Positions 1 to 7,621 of a stretch of DNA of 64,000 nucleotides are shown here, one piece after another; position 1 is the stretch's first letter, and each line of letters begins with the position of its first letter. A program made the position numbers and the translations under genes. Under the pieces are notes generated by a model, which was not told where the DNA came from, did no database searches, and saw nothing but the letters and a program-made list of their open reading frames with translations. The stretch comes from a bacterium (lineage in GTDB: Bacteria; Patescibacteriota; Saccharimonadia; Saccharimonadales; JAUPVS01), in contig JAKOXV010000003.1 in the NCBI GenBank assembly GCA_029780855.1, positions 162,357-226,356 of the forward strand, read 5' to 3'.

Positions 1-491
1 AACAGTGTGTAATCAAAGTGATTGCGGAACAGAACTAACTGACTGTGCCCACCACTTACAATCAAAGCTAACAGGGGGAATGTAGGCTGCTGGGCAGGCA
101 ATACGTAATCCGGGAGGGTTGTCTCGGTCAAGAAGTTGGCGTATACGTGGCCCTCTACGTGGTTTATGGCGTAGAGTGGCTTTTTCTCCGTTATAGCCAG
201 GCTTCGCGCAGTCAAAACGCCCACCAAAAGCGAGCCACCCAAGCCGGCCCCGTAGGTGACCGCAATGCCATCGATATCTTTCCAGGTGCACTTGGCTTGT
301 TCAACTGCCTGCTTGATAACTGGAACGATCGATTCGATGTGGCTCCGGGCGGCAATTTCTGGCACCACGCCACCGTACTGGGCGTGTAGATCCATACTGG
401 TAGCAACCACGTTGGACAGTAATCGCTTACCATTTTCTACGACGGCAGCGGCGGTCTCGTCGCAGCTCGACTCTATACCTAAGATTTTCAT
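1..491 (-). CDS. tsaD: tRNA N6-threonylcarbamoyltransferase TsaD (runs off window edge)
   Basis: Not in the ORF track. Manual minus-strand translation from ATG 491 gives MKILGIESSCDETAAAVV...HAQYGGVVPEIAARSH...NHVEGH...LIVSGGHSQL, the TsaD/Kae1 motifs. Confidence 0.95.
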   Translation of the reverse strand, partial: MKILGIESSCDETAAAVVENGKRLLSNVVATSMDLHAQYGGVVPEIAARSHIESIVPVIKQAVEQAKCTWKDIDGIAVTYGAGLGGSLLVGVLTARSLAITEKKPLYAINHVEGHVYANFLTETTLPDYVLPAQQPTFPLLALIVSGGHSQLVLFRNHFDYTL

Positions 492-514
492 CAAACCTAG
501 TATACTGGTAACCA

Positions 515-1816
515 ATGAGTTTTCGAAGTTCTGTTAAGAAGGTTGTACCACGAGACGTCTTTAAGCGGGTCGAGCCATACGGTCACCTGGGCGAGGCGAT
601 GATCTACAGCGTAAAGAATGGATTTCCGGCAAAAGGCTTAAAGGTTATCGGCGTTACCGGAACTAATGGCAAAACGAGCACCTGTTTTTTGATCCATAAA
701 ATGCTGGTCAATAGTGGCATAAAAGCCGGACTCATGACTACGGTTGCCTATGGGGTTGGGGACGATATTCATCCGCAGATTGCCCATATGACTACGGTTT
801 CAGTGCCACTTCTACACCAACGAATAAAAGAGATGAGATCACAGGGCATGGAGTGGCTGGTGCTCGAGGTAACGAGCCACGCACTGGCTCAGCACCGGGT
901 GTGGGGCATTCCGTTTTCGGTGGCGGTCATGACCAATATCACGCATGAACACCTCGATTATCACGGAACGTTTGAACGGTACCGAGATGCCAAAAAAATG
1001 CTCTTTACCCAAACTAATCGGAACAAAAAAGGACTCCAGATTGGCATTGCCAACGCTGATGACCCGAGTGGTCAGTTGTTTGCGGGGGCCGTACGTAACC
1101 CCGTGCTCTATGGTATGAATAACGGTGATCTGCGGGCAAAGAACGTAAAACTCACGCCCGCAGGCAGTACGTACACCGCCGAAATCGGCGATGCGGAGCT
1201 GAATGTTACCTGCCATCTTCCGGGTAGCTTTAACGTCTATAACTCGCTGGCGGCGGTTGCGGTTGGCCAGGCGGTGGGGCTCACTCAGGAACAGATAGAG
1301 CAGGGAATTGCGGCGCTTGAAGGAGTAGAGGGACGTATGACCCGCATTACCGAAGGCCAGGATTTTGACGTTATCGTAGATTTTGCTCATACCCCCGATA
1401 GTTTTGAAAAGCTGTTCAAAGACCTCAAGCCGGTGGTAAAGGGCAAGCTCATCTGCATGTTCGGCTCTGCTGGGCGGCGGGATGAGGCCAAACGGGCGAT
1501 TCAGGGAGAACTGGCAGGGAAGTACTGCGATGAAGTGGTGGTGACCGAGGAGGATGATCGAGATATCGATGGATTGGAAATCATGAATCAAATAGCTGCG
1601 GGCGTCGAAAAAGCCGGCAAAACCCGCGATACAGACCTGTTTTTAGTACATGACCGTACTGAAGCCATCAATTTTGCTATCAAACGGGCCAAAAAAGGCG
1701 ACACCGTGATACTGCTCGGCAAAGGCCATGAAAAGACTATAGAACGTGCCGATGGCGAACATCCCTGGGATGAAATTGGTACCGCCAAAGCAGCGGCTGC
1801 AAAAGCTGCTGCTTAG
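515..1816 (+). CDS. murE: UDP-N-acetylmuramoyl-tripeptide synthetase (Mur ligase)
   Basis: GVTGTNGKT P-loop, LEVTSH, TNITHEHLDYH, DFAHTPD, LGKGHE motifs. Confidence 0.92.
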   Translation: MSFRSSVKKVVPRDVFKRVEPYGHLGEAMIYSVKNGFPAKGLKVIGVTGTNGKTSTCFLIHKMLVNSGIKAGLMTTVAYGVGDDIHPQIAHMTTVSVPLLHQRIKEMRSQGMEWLVLEVTSHALAQHRVWGIPFSVAVMTNITHEHLDYHGTFERYRDAKKMLFTQTNRNKKGLQIGIANADDPSGQLFAGAVRNPVLYGMNNGDLRAKNVKLTPAGSTYTAEIGDAELNVTCHLPGSFNVYNSLAAVAVGQAVGLTQEQIEQGIAALEGVEGRMTRITEGQDFDVIVDFAHTPDSFEKLFKDLKPVVKGKLICMFGSAGRRDEAKRAIQGELAGKYCDEVVVTEEDDRDIDGLEIMNQIAAGVEKAGKTRDTDLFLVHDRTEAINFAIKRAKKGDTVILLGKGHEKTIERADGEHPWDEIGTAKAAAAKAAA

Positions 1817-2595
1817 CGACCGTAGTGCTTGTATAGCTTTTGGCGGGCGTTCTGGCTTAAGCCAGTGATAGTATCAAACTTGTCTTTTTGCATATCGGGG
1901 TAGCTTTTTCGCAAACGCCGGTATTCGTCGGGGCTCATTTTACCGGCAACATGAACAGCGGGGATTGAATCGTCGTCTTCGGCAATTTCTTCGCGGTACT
2001 TTTTGGCGAGCATGCCTTGCCACAGACGGCGAGGGTTGAGCTTCAGATCTTTATCGGTCTCATGGTACACTTCGGCGCCGTACTCATCGTACTCAATGAA
2101 TATCTTCTTTGGTATGCCAGAACCCTTAGCACCATAGCGTAACAGGTTCAGATCCTGGAAATCAGCAAACAGCTGCTCGAGTATCGATTTTCGATCTTCA
2201 TCAGGTAGTTCAATTAAAGAGTGCACCGTTTGGCCGGTACTAGTATGAACGTCATCACGCTCCATGCGCAACGAAGCGATTCCCATGGCTACGTATAGCT
2301 GGCTGAATGCACCGCGCATGTCCAAAAATTTTTCACGGTACTCTTCGCCAAGCTCAGTGCCGATATATTCCGCAACATCGCCCTCAACGCCAATCGGGTG
2401 ACCGATAGCCATAAGGCGAGCCCCGCCATCAATGAAGCCTTCTGCTTCTTCGCTCAGCAGTTGCGCAACTGTTTGCTGCTCTTCGCTGCGACGACCGGTG
2501 TAGTGAATCTGCTCCTCTTGGTATGCCTGACGAATGGTGTTGAGGTAGCCTTCACTATCTATGGGTTGGTGGACCGTTTCGGGGGTTTGTTCCAT
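1813..2595 (-). CDS. hypothetical acidic protein
   Basis: 260-aa ORF filling the gap, TAGAAT -10 just upstream of ATG; no recognisable motif. Confidence 0.7.
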   Translation of the reverse strand: MEQTPETVHQPIDSEGYLNTIRQAYQEEQIHYTGRRSEEQQTVAQLLSEEAEGFIDGGARLMAIGHPIGVEGDVAEYIGTELGEEYREKFLDMRGAFSQLYVAMGIASLRMERDDVHTSTGQTVHSLIELPDEDRKSILEQLFADFQDLNLLRYGAKGSGIPKKIFIEYDEYGAEVYHETDKDLKLNPRRLWQGMLAKKYREEIAEDDDSIPAVHVAGKMSPDEYRRLRKSYPDMQKDKFDTITGLSQNARQKLYKHYGR

Positions 2596-2659
2596 GTATA
2601 TATTCTAACACAAAATAGTAAAAAAGTAAACATTAGTATTATAGACACGACCTGATGAT

Positions 2660-3511
2660 CTATCTATTTTTTACGGTCAGGGTGGTGCAGCGTATGTAAC
2701 CGCCACCTTTGGCGAGCTCTGAAATCTGAGGAGTGACGGTTTTGAGCCCTTTTGCTTCTATGGCAGCGCGTAACTTGGGAGCGTGAGCACTCATAACTAC
2801 CGTTTCACCCGTGGACACGAGGTTGCAGGCGAACCCTTTGGTAGCCTCCTGGTAGCTGACCTCTATTGTATCGATATCTACCGAGCGGATTTTTGCTTGG
2901 CTTTCTGGCGTGAAGGCTTCTGGGCACCAGGCGATGAGGTTAGGGGTGAGCACGGAGAGTGCCAAATCTATATCGTAAAAAAAGCTATCCGGCCAGCCGG
3001 TAACGGTATTGACGAGCGGTTTGCCCGATTGGTCGGTGTAGGGAACCGTTTCTAGACCAATAACGGTGAACCCAAGGTGTTTAGCTAGGAAATCATGCAT
3101 GCGTTTATCGGTGCGGTAGGTGGTGCCACAAAACAGCAGGTCACCACAGGGCAAGGCATCGCCTTGGCCACTGAAACGATACGGAGCTTCAATGACCTCC
3201 AAATCGAGGTTTTCGAGCGTTTGTTTGGCATAGGGCTGTTCGGCTTGCCGCTTATTGGGGAGTGAGGACAACACCGCAACGCCGTTACGGCACAGGCCCC
3301 AGTTGGCAGTGTAGACGCCGTCTTGACAGTCTTTGGGCGCCTCCACCTGCTTTACGGTTACGCCTGCATTCATCAGGGCAGTGCGAATGGCGGCATGCTC
3401 TTGATTGGCCTTTTCGCTATCGATCGCCACGGATTCATCCATGTAGGGGTTAATGGCAAATTCGTCACTAAAGTATTGTGCACTGGACATCAGCACCGTT
3501 TGGTTAATCAT
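2660..3511 (-). CDS. amidinotransferase / dimethylarginine dimethylaminohydrolase (pentein) family protein
   Basis: INPYM, DGVYTAN, FSGQGD, FYDIDLA and C-terminal ELAKGGGYIRCTTL with the catalytic Cys. Confidence 0.85.
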   Translation of the reverse strand: MINQTVLMSSAQYFSDEFAINPYMDESVAIDSEKANQEHAAIRTALMNAGVTVKQVEAPKDCQDGVYTANWGLCRNGVAVLSSLPNKRQAEQPYAKQTLENLDLEVIEAPYRFSGQGDALPCGDLLFCGTTYRTDKRMHDFLAKHLGFTVIGLETVPYTDQSGKPLVNTVTGWPDSFFYDIDLALSVLTPNLIAWCPEAFTPESQAKIRSVDIDTIEVSYQEATKGFACNLVSTGETVVMSAHAPKLRAAIEAKGLKTVTPQISELAKGGGYIRCTTLTVKNR

Positions 3512-3526
3512 TGGTTGGTATTATAC

Positions 3527-3549
3527 AAAAAAACCGCCGATTGGGGCGG
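3527..3549 (-). terminator. intrinsic terminator closing GC-rich unit 1
   Basis: Minus strand reads CCGCC-ccaatc-GGCGG-TTTTTTT. Confidence 0.75.
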
Positions 3550-3657
3550 GGAATAACGAGGCAATTTGTGGGAGGTTGGGGCTTGGAAATGGTTATGTAT
3601 GCGCGAAAGAATGGAGCGAAGTGGCTCTAAAACATTCTCTGGCTAACCAGATCCAAG

Positions 3658-3718
3658 CCCGGAACCGGGACGGGGTTCTCGACGTCGTTGTCGAGAAACC
3701 GCCGTCCGGCTGTCCGGG
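3658..3718 (-). other. long GC-rich hairpin immediately after the stop codon of ORF 3721-4104
   Basis: Nested pairs cccgga/tccggg, ggacgg/ccgtcc and ttctcgac/gtcgagaa around a 6-nt loop; no U-tract. Confidence 0.85.
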
Positions 3719-3720
3719 AA

Positions 3721-4104
3721 CTACCCGCGGTTGAAGGGGTCGTGCGACGCCTCGATGACCTCCAAGGGGTTGTAGGCCATGGCCGAGAAGACGTCGTGCC
3801 TGCTGGTGATCAGCCGGTCGAGGTCCTCGTCGCTGAGGCTGGAGAGGTGCGTGTTGACCTCATCGATCCAGCGGCCGGCGGAGGCGTTCGGGTTCTTGAC
3901 CTCGGGGTCGAACACGAGCTCGACTCGGGCGTTCTCGGCCTGGCTGTTGACGACCAGGACGATGCCCTCGATGCCTTCGGCGATGTTGCTGTACAGCATC
4001 TTCATCATCTCCGTGGGGATCTGATCGGACCAGATCCGCACTCGTGCTGCGCCCTTCATGCCAGGTGCTGACCCGGCGTGGTGAACCAGAACGGATTCCA
4101 GCAT
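3721..4104 (-). CDS. orphan 127-aa protein with actinobacteria-like codon usage
   Basis: Start re-called to ATG 4104 behind AGAGGT. By hand count only 13 of 127 codons end in A/T (GC3 about 90%). Confidence 0.85.
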   Translation of the reverse strand: MLESVLVHHAGSAPGMKGAARVRIWSDQIPTEMMKMLYSNIAEGIEGIVLVVNSQAENARVELVFDPEVKNPNASAGRWIDEVNTHLSSLSDEDLDRLITSRHDVFSAMAYNPLEVIEASHDPFNRG

Positions 4105-4144
4105 AGCGATACCTCTTGTAGGTAGTTCCATTAGGGACTTTTTT

Positions 4145-4173
4145 ACGATACTATCTTTGACAAAGAGTGTCAA
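4145..4173 (-). promoter_or_regulatory. sigma70 promoter for unit 1, with -35 inside a TTGACA-N5-TGTCAA palindrome
   Basis: Minus strand TTGACA-17 nt-TATCGT; palindrome at 4157-4173. Confidence 0.6.
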
Positions 4174-4225
4174 TCATTTCATTACTTGATTATTTGTCAA
4201 ATCTTCGGTATACTTTTGGGTTGCA

Positions 4226-4813
4226 ATGCCAGAGAGAGACCCATCATTTTCTTCCGATCTTCCAGAGGGCTTTGAGCCCGATTTTTATGTTGCGGAGATC
4301 GAGCGATACACCCAGCACCAGCCGGCGGTGGCTTTTTTGGTGGAACAACTTTCTGCAGCCGAGGAATTAGACGCCTCACTTAAGCGTGGTGACCCTGCGC
4401 AACCCTATCCTCTTGAGCGTCGTTTCGTGGTTTTTTCCGGCGGAAACGAGGCATTTCCGTTTACCCATAAGCGTATCTCTTATGTGCCAAAAAAAGGTGC
4501 CGGCTATAAAAATCTCGAGGGAATCATGATCCGATACGCCGTTACCCCCAAAGAAAAGGGCGGTGATGGCTCCGTAAATAACCGAATAACGATTTCATTT
4601 GGGATTGCTGGGGGTATTACAGCTAACTTTTACCTTGGCGAAACAGAGTACGAACCATTTACCGATGCCAGCGAATTGCGTATCGAAAACGGCGAGCTAC
4701 TTGGTGTTGCACGCCCGCAACATCAATCCCCTCTCAACTTCATGGAACTACAGGGCGTTCTACAGAACTGTGATCAAGAGCTGCAGAGTAACGAAACCCC
4801 TCGTGCCGAATAG
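4226..4813 (+). CDS. hypothetical protein
   Basis: 195-aa ORF with background codon usage; TATACT just upstream. Confidence 0.7.
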   Translation: MPERDPSFSSDLPEGFEPDFYVAEIERYTQHQPAVAFLVEQLSAAEELDASLKRGDPAQPYPLERRFVVFSGGNEAFPFTHKRISYVPKKGAGYKNLEGIMIRYAVTPKEKGGDGSVNNRITISFGIAGGITANFYLGETEYEPFTDASELRIENGELLGVARPQHQSPLNFMELQGVLQNCDQELQSNETPRAE

Positions 4814-4828
4814 CTCGCCGTCAACATT

Positions 4829-4857
4829 TTGAAAATTGCTAAAAAATGGTATACAAT
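4829..4857 (+). promoter_or_regulatory. sigma70 promoter for unit 2
   Basis: TTGAAA-17 nt-TACAAT. Confidence 0.7.
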
Positions 4858-4863
4858 GGCTCC

Positions 4864-5142
4864 AATTTAAGCGGGGCATTTAAACGGCCTGGTTTGAAGG
4901 TTACATGATTTTTGCGGTTCGAGCACTGAAGTGTTCACCTCATAAATCAGCACCTTGAGATTGTGAGTTAGCCATTGGAAGCGATGAGCACCGAATAAAT
5001 TTACGGTGTTGCTCGCTTCCAATGGGGGGAGTGCAGTAACAGAGCACGTGGAAACTACACACAGCAAAGGAGCGATTCGGTAAGTCTGTACGTCTTGAGG
5101 ACATTTGGCAAACATTTTGCCAAAGCAAGTCAGGAGAACAGG
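4864..5142 (+). ncRNA. highly structured ~280-nt leader or candidate ncRNA of unknown class
   Basis: Hairpins at 4897-4956, 4972-5025 (13-bp perfect arm ccattggaagcga/tcgcttccaatgg) and 5104-5124 (tttggcaaa/tttgccaaa). Confidence 0.55.
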
Positions 5143-5307
5143 TTGAAGAAGCGTCTCACCGACAAGGACATCCGCACCAACGCCGACCCGGCCAAGAAGA
5201 ACCGGAAGCGCGTCACCGCCGTCCACCGTCACCGCCGCGAGCACCGCGAGGCGCAGGCCATGCGCCAGTACCGCGGTCTCACCATCGGCCTGGCGGCGGC
5301 CAGCTGA
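5143..5307 (+). CDS. 54-aa basic orphan peptide with actinobacteria-like codon usage
   Basis: TTG start 6 nt after AGGAG; only 3 of 54 codons end in A/T (GC3 about 94%); K/R-rich; ends GLAAAS. Confidence 0.8.
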   Translation: MKKRLTDKDIRTNADPAKKNRKRVTAVHRHRREHREAQAMRQYRGLTIGLAAAS

Positions 5308-5308
5308 G

Positions 5309-5380
5309 GTTCGGGGTGCGGCGTGCACGAGTGTGTTGCTCTCAAGGGGGAAAGCAAACCTCGTGCACGCCGGCCCCAAC
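5309..5380 (+). other. long GC-rich hairpin immediately after the stop codon of ORF 5143-5307
   Basis: 13-bp perfect arm cggcgtgcacgag/ctcgtgcacgccg plus outer and inner stems; no U-tract. Confidence 0.85.
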
Positions 5381-5441
5381 GCCATCCAATTCTCCACGTC
5401 ACGCACTCATACTCACAATCTCATTTTTACTTTCGCATCCG

Positions 5442-5466
5442 CGGACCGATCGTCGGTCCGTTTTTT
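5442..5466 (+). terminator. intrinsic terminator closing unit 2
   Basis: CGGACCGA-tcg-TCGGTCCG-TTTTTT. Confidence 0.85.
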
Positions 5467-5467
5467 G

Positions 5468-5533
5468 TTGACAAAAACCCGAACCACTCGGTATATTTTT
5501 GTGCAGTTAGCACTCTCGGCTTGAAAGTGCTAA
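5468..5533 (+). promoter_or_regulatory. groESL promoter and CIRCE (HrcA operator, 5507-5533)
   Basis: TTGACA-18 nt-TATATT, then TTAGCACTC-N9-AAGTGCTAA (one mismatch to the CIRCE consensus). Confidence 0.9.
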
Positions 5534-5574
5534 CCGACTCTTATACAATGACAAGCACAGAAAGAGGAGGATAT

Positions 5575-5841
5575 ATGTCGGCACCAATCAATCCGCTATC
5601 AGACTACGTTGTTGCGCAGGAAGAAAAGGCGCAAACCAAAACCGCAAGCGGTCTCTATTTACCAGATAACGCTCAAGAAAAGCCTAAGACGGCTAAAATC
5701 GTAGCCGTTGGCAAGAAGGTTACGGAACTTAAGGTAGGCGAAAAGATTATTTACAAAAGTTACAGCACTACCGAGGTGAAAGTAGCGAACGAAACCTACA
5801 TTTTAGTAAAAGAAGAAGACGTCCTAGCGACCGTTAAATAG
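5575..5841 (+). CDS. groES: co-chaperonin GroES
   Basis: INPLSDYVV...KTASGLYLPD...EEDVLA; GAGGAGG RBS before ATG 5575. Confidence 0.95.
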   Translation: MSAPINPLSDYVVAQEEKAQTKTASGLYLPDNAQEKPKTAKIVAVGKKVTELKVGEKIIYKSYSTTEVKVANETYILVKEEDVLATVK

Positions 5842-5853
5842 GAGGAAAAGCGA

Positions 5854-7494
5854 ATGGCAAACAAAGTTTTTTATGATGATGATGCTCGCCGAAGGGTACT
5901 CGGTGGTGCGGAAGTGTTATACAACGCCGTGAAAACCACTATGGGTCCCAAGGGCCGAAACGTGGTAATTGACAAAAGCTACGGAGCTCCAACCGTAACA
6001 CATGACGGCGTTACGGTAGCTAAAGGTGTAGAACTGCCAGAGGATGATGACGAAACGTTGGGGTACAAGGTAGGTGCAGAACTGATTAAACAGGCTGCCA
6101 ATAAAATGAATGATGTAGCCGGTGACGGTACAACTACGGTAACCGTATTGACCTACCATATCCTGAACGAAGCTAACAAGCTTATTGCTGCTGGCCATAA
6201 CCCGATGTTACTCAGGAAGGGTCTGGAGGCGGCGGCGCATGACGTGGTCAAGAAGCTGTCGGGCATGGCAGAAGACATTAAGGCCAATAAGAAGCGCGTT
6301 GCCGAGGTGGCTACCATTTCTGCAGGTGATGCAGAAATTGGTGAACTCATTGCCGATGTAATTGATAAGGTTGGCAAAGACGGTGTCGTAACTGTGGAAG
6401 AGGGCCAGAGTCTGGAGCTCGAGAGTGAAGTGGTAGAAGGGTTTACCTTTGACCGCGGGTTTGTGAGTCCCTACATGGTAAGCGATGCTACCCGCATGGA
6501 AGCGGTAGTAGATAAGCCAGCCATCGTGGTTACCGATAAAAAAATCAGTAGCATTCAGGAGTTTTTGCCACTGTTAGAGCAGCTTGCCCAAGCCGGCAAG
6601 AAAGATCTCATTCTGGTAGCCGATGACGTAGAGGGCGAGGCACTCGGTACGCTCATCTTGAACAAACTGAAAGGTGTATTAAATGTAGTTGCGGTTAAGG
6701 CGCCGGCTTTTGGTGATCGCCGTAAGGAAATTTTGCAAGACATTGCCATCCTCACCGGAAGCCAGGTAATTTCTGAAGACCAGGGCATGAACTTTGAAAA
6801 TGTCGGTATGGACGTGGTTGGTACCGCCCGAAAAGTAATCGTTACTAAAGATGAAACTACGATCATAGAGGGTGCCGGTACGGCTCGTGAACTGAAAGAG
6901 CGGATTGCACAGATCGCCGCCCAAGCAGCTGCTGCTTCAAGCGAATATGACAAAGAAAATCTTGATAAGCGTCGGGCTGCTTTACAGGGCAAGGTAGCGG
7001 TAATCAAGGTTGGTGGTGCTACGGAAACCGAGATTGAAGAAAAGAAGTTCCGTGTAGATGACGCCGTAGCGGCTGTAAAGGCAGCACTGGATGAAGGTGT
7101 TGTGCCTGGTGGTGGTGCCACATTAGTAACACTGTCTACTGGTATTGCCGACGACACAGCCGACGCGAAAGGTGCTGGTGCATCACTGCTTAAGCAGGCG
7201 CTTCTACAGCCATTCCTTCAGCTCATGGCCAACGCTGGATATAACGGACCAGCACTGCTTGCTCAGGTAGAAAATAGCAAAGCTGGGCAGGGTATTGATG
7301 TGAACAGTGGTAAACTTGTTGACCTGAAGTCAAAAGGAATTGTGGATCCGGCTCGGGTAACCAAAGAAGCTATCCTCAATTCCGTTTCAATTGCTGGAAC
7401 GGCAATGACAATGGGAGCGCTTGTAGTGGATATCCCCGTGAAAGAAGCCCCGGCTGCTCCAGGTGGTATGCCTGGTGGCATGATGGGTATGTAA
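5854..7494 (+). CDS. groEL: chaperonin GroEL
   Basis: GPKGRNV, AGDGTTT, KAPAFGDRRK, GGM tail. Confidence 0.98.
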   Translation: MANKVFYDDDARRRVLGGAEVLYNAVKTTMGPKGRNVVIDKSYGAPTVTHDGVTVAKGVELPEDDDETLGYKVGAELIKQAANKMNDVAGDGTTTVTVLTYHILNEANKLIAAGHNPMLLRKGLEAAAHDVVKKLSGMAEDIKANKKRVAEVATISAGDAEIGELIADVIDKVGKDGVVTVEEGQSLELESEVVEGFTFDRGFVSPYMVSDATRMEAVVDKPAIVVTDKKISSIQEFLPLLEQLAQAGKKDLILVADDVEGEALGTLILNKLKGVLNVVAVKAPAFGDRRKEILQDIAILTGSQVISEDQGMNFENVGMDVVGTARKVIVTKDETTIIEGAGTARELKERIAQIAAQAAAASSEYDKENLDKRRAALQGKVAVIKVGGATETEIEEKKFRVDDAVAAVKAALDEGVVPGGGATLVTLSTGIADDTADAKGAGASLLKQALLQPFLQLMANAGYNGPALLAQVENSKAGQGIDVNSGKLVDLKSKGIVDPARVTKEAILNSVSIAGTAMTMGALVVDIPVKEAPAAPGGMPGGMMGM

Positions 7495-7515
7495 TTTAGC
7501 TAACACATACTAACC

Positions 7516-7543
7516 AAAGCAGCCCCTTCCGAGGGGCTTCTTT
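7516..7543 (+). terminator. groEL terminator
   Basis: AGCCCCT-tccg-AGGGGCT-TCTTT. Confidence 0.8.
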
Positions 7544-7621
7544 GATGTAATAAAAACGCTAACTTGCGAAAAATACCAGTTTGTACTACTGTATCTTTAT
7601 TGAAAGAGGAGTGACAAGGTC

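Noticed and set aside
13-537. Short ORFs listed in the track at the window start
   Set aside because: All overlap the real minus-strand tsaD frame.
3688-4071. Plus-strand 127-aa ORF
   Set aside because: Antisense shadow: the G/C bias falls on third codon positions only in the minus-strand frame.
3658-5380. Post-stop hairpins as integron attC sites
   Set aside because: No RYYYAAC...GTTRRRY box order, no tandem cassette array and no integrase in the window.
4867-5406. Minus-strand 179-aa ORF
   Set aside because: Shadow of the GC-rich 54-aa gene and structured leader; promoter, SD and terminator all point to the plus strand.
4864-5440. tmRNA (GGGGC near the 5' end, ORF ending LAAAS)
   Set aside because: No tRNA-like T-arm or CCA acceptor end, and the ORF has its own SD and start codon and is too long for a tag.
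5323-5574. N-terminally extended GroES (172 aa)
   Set aside because: The extension crosses a terminator, promoter and CIRCE; the real start is ATG 5575 after GAGGAGG.
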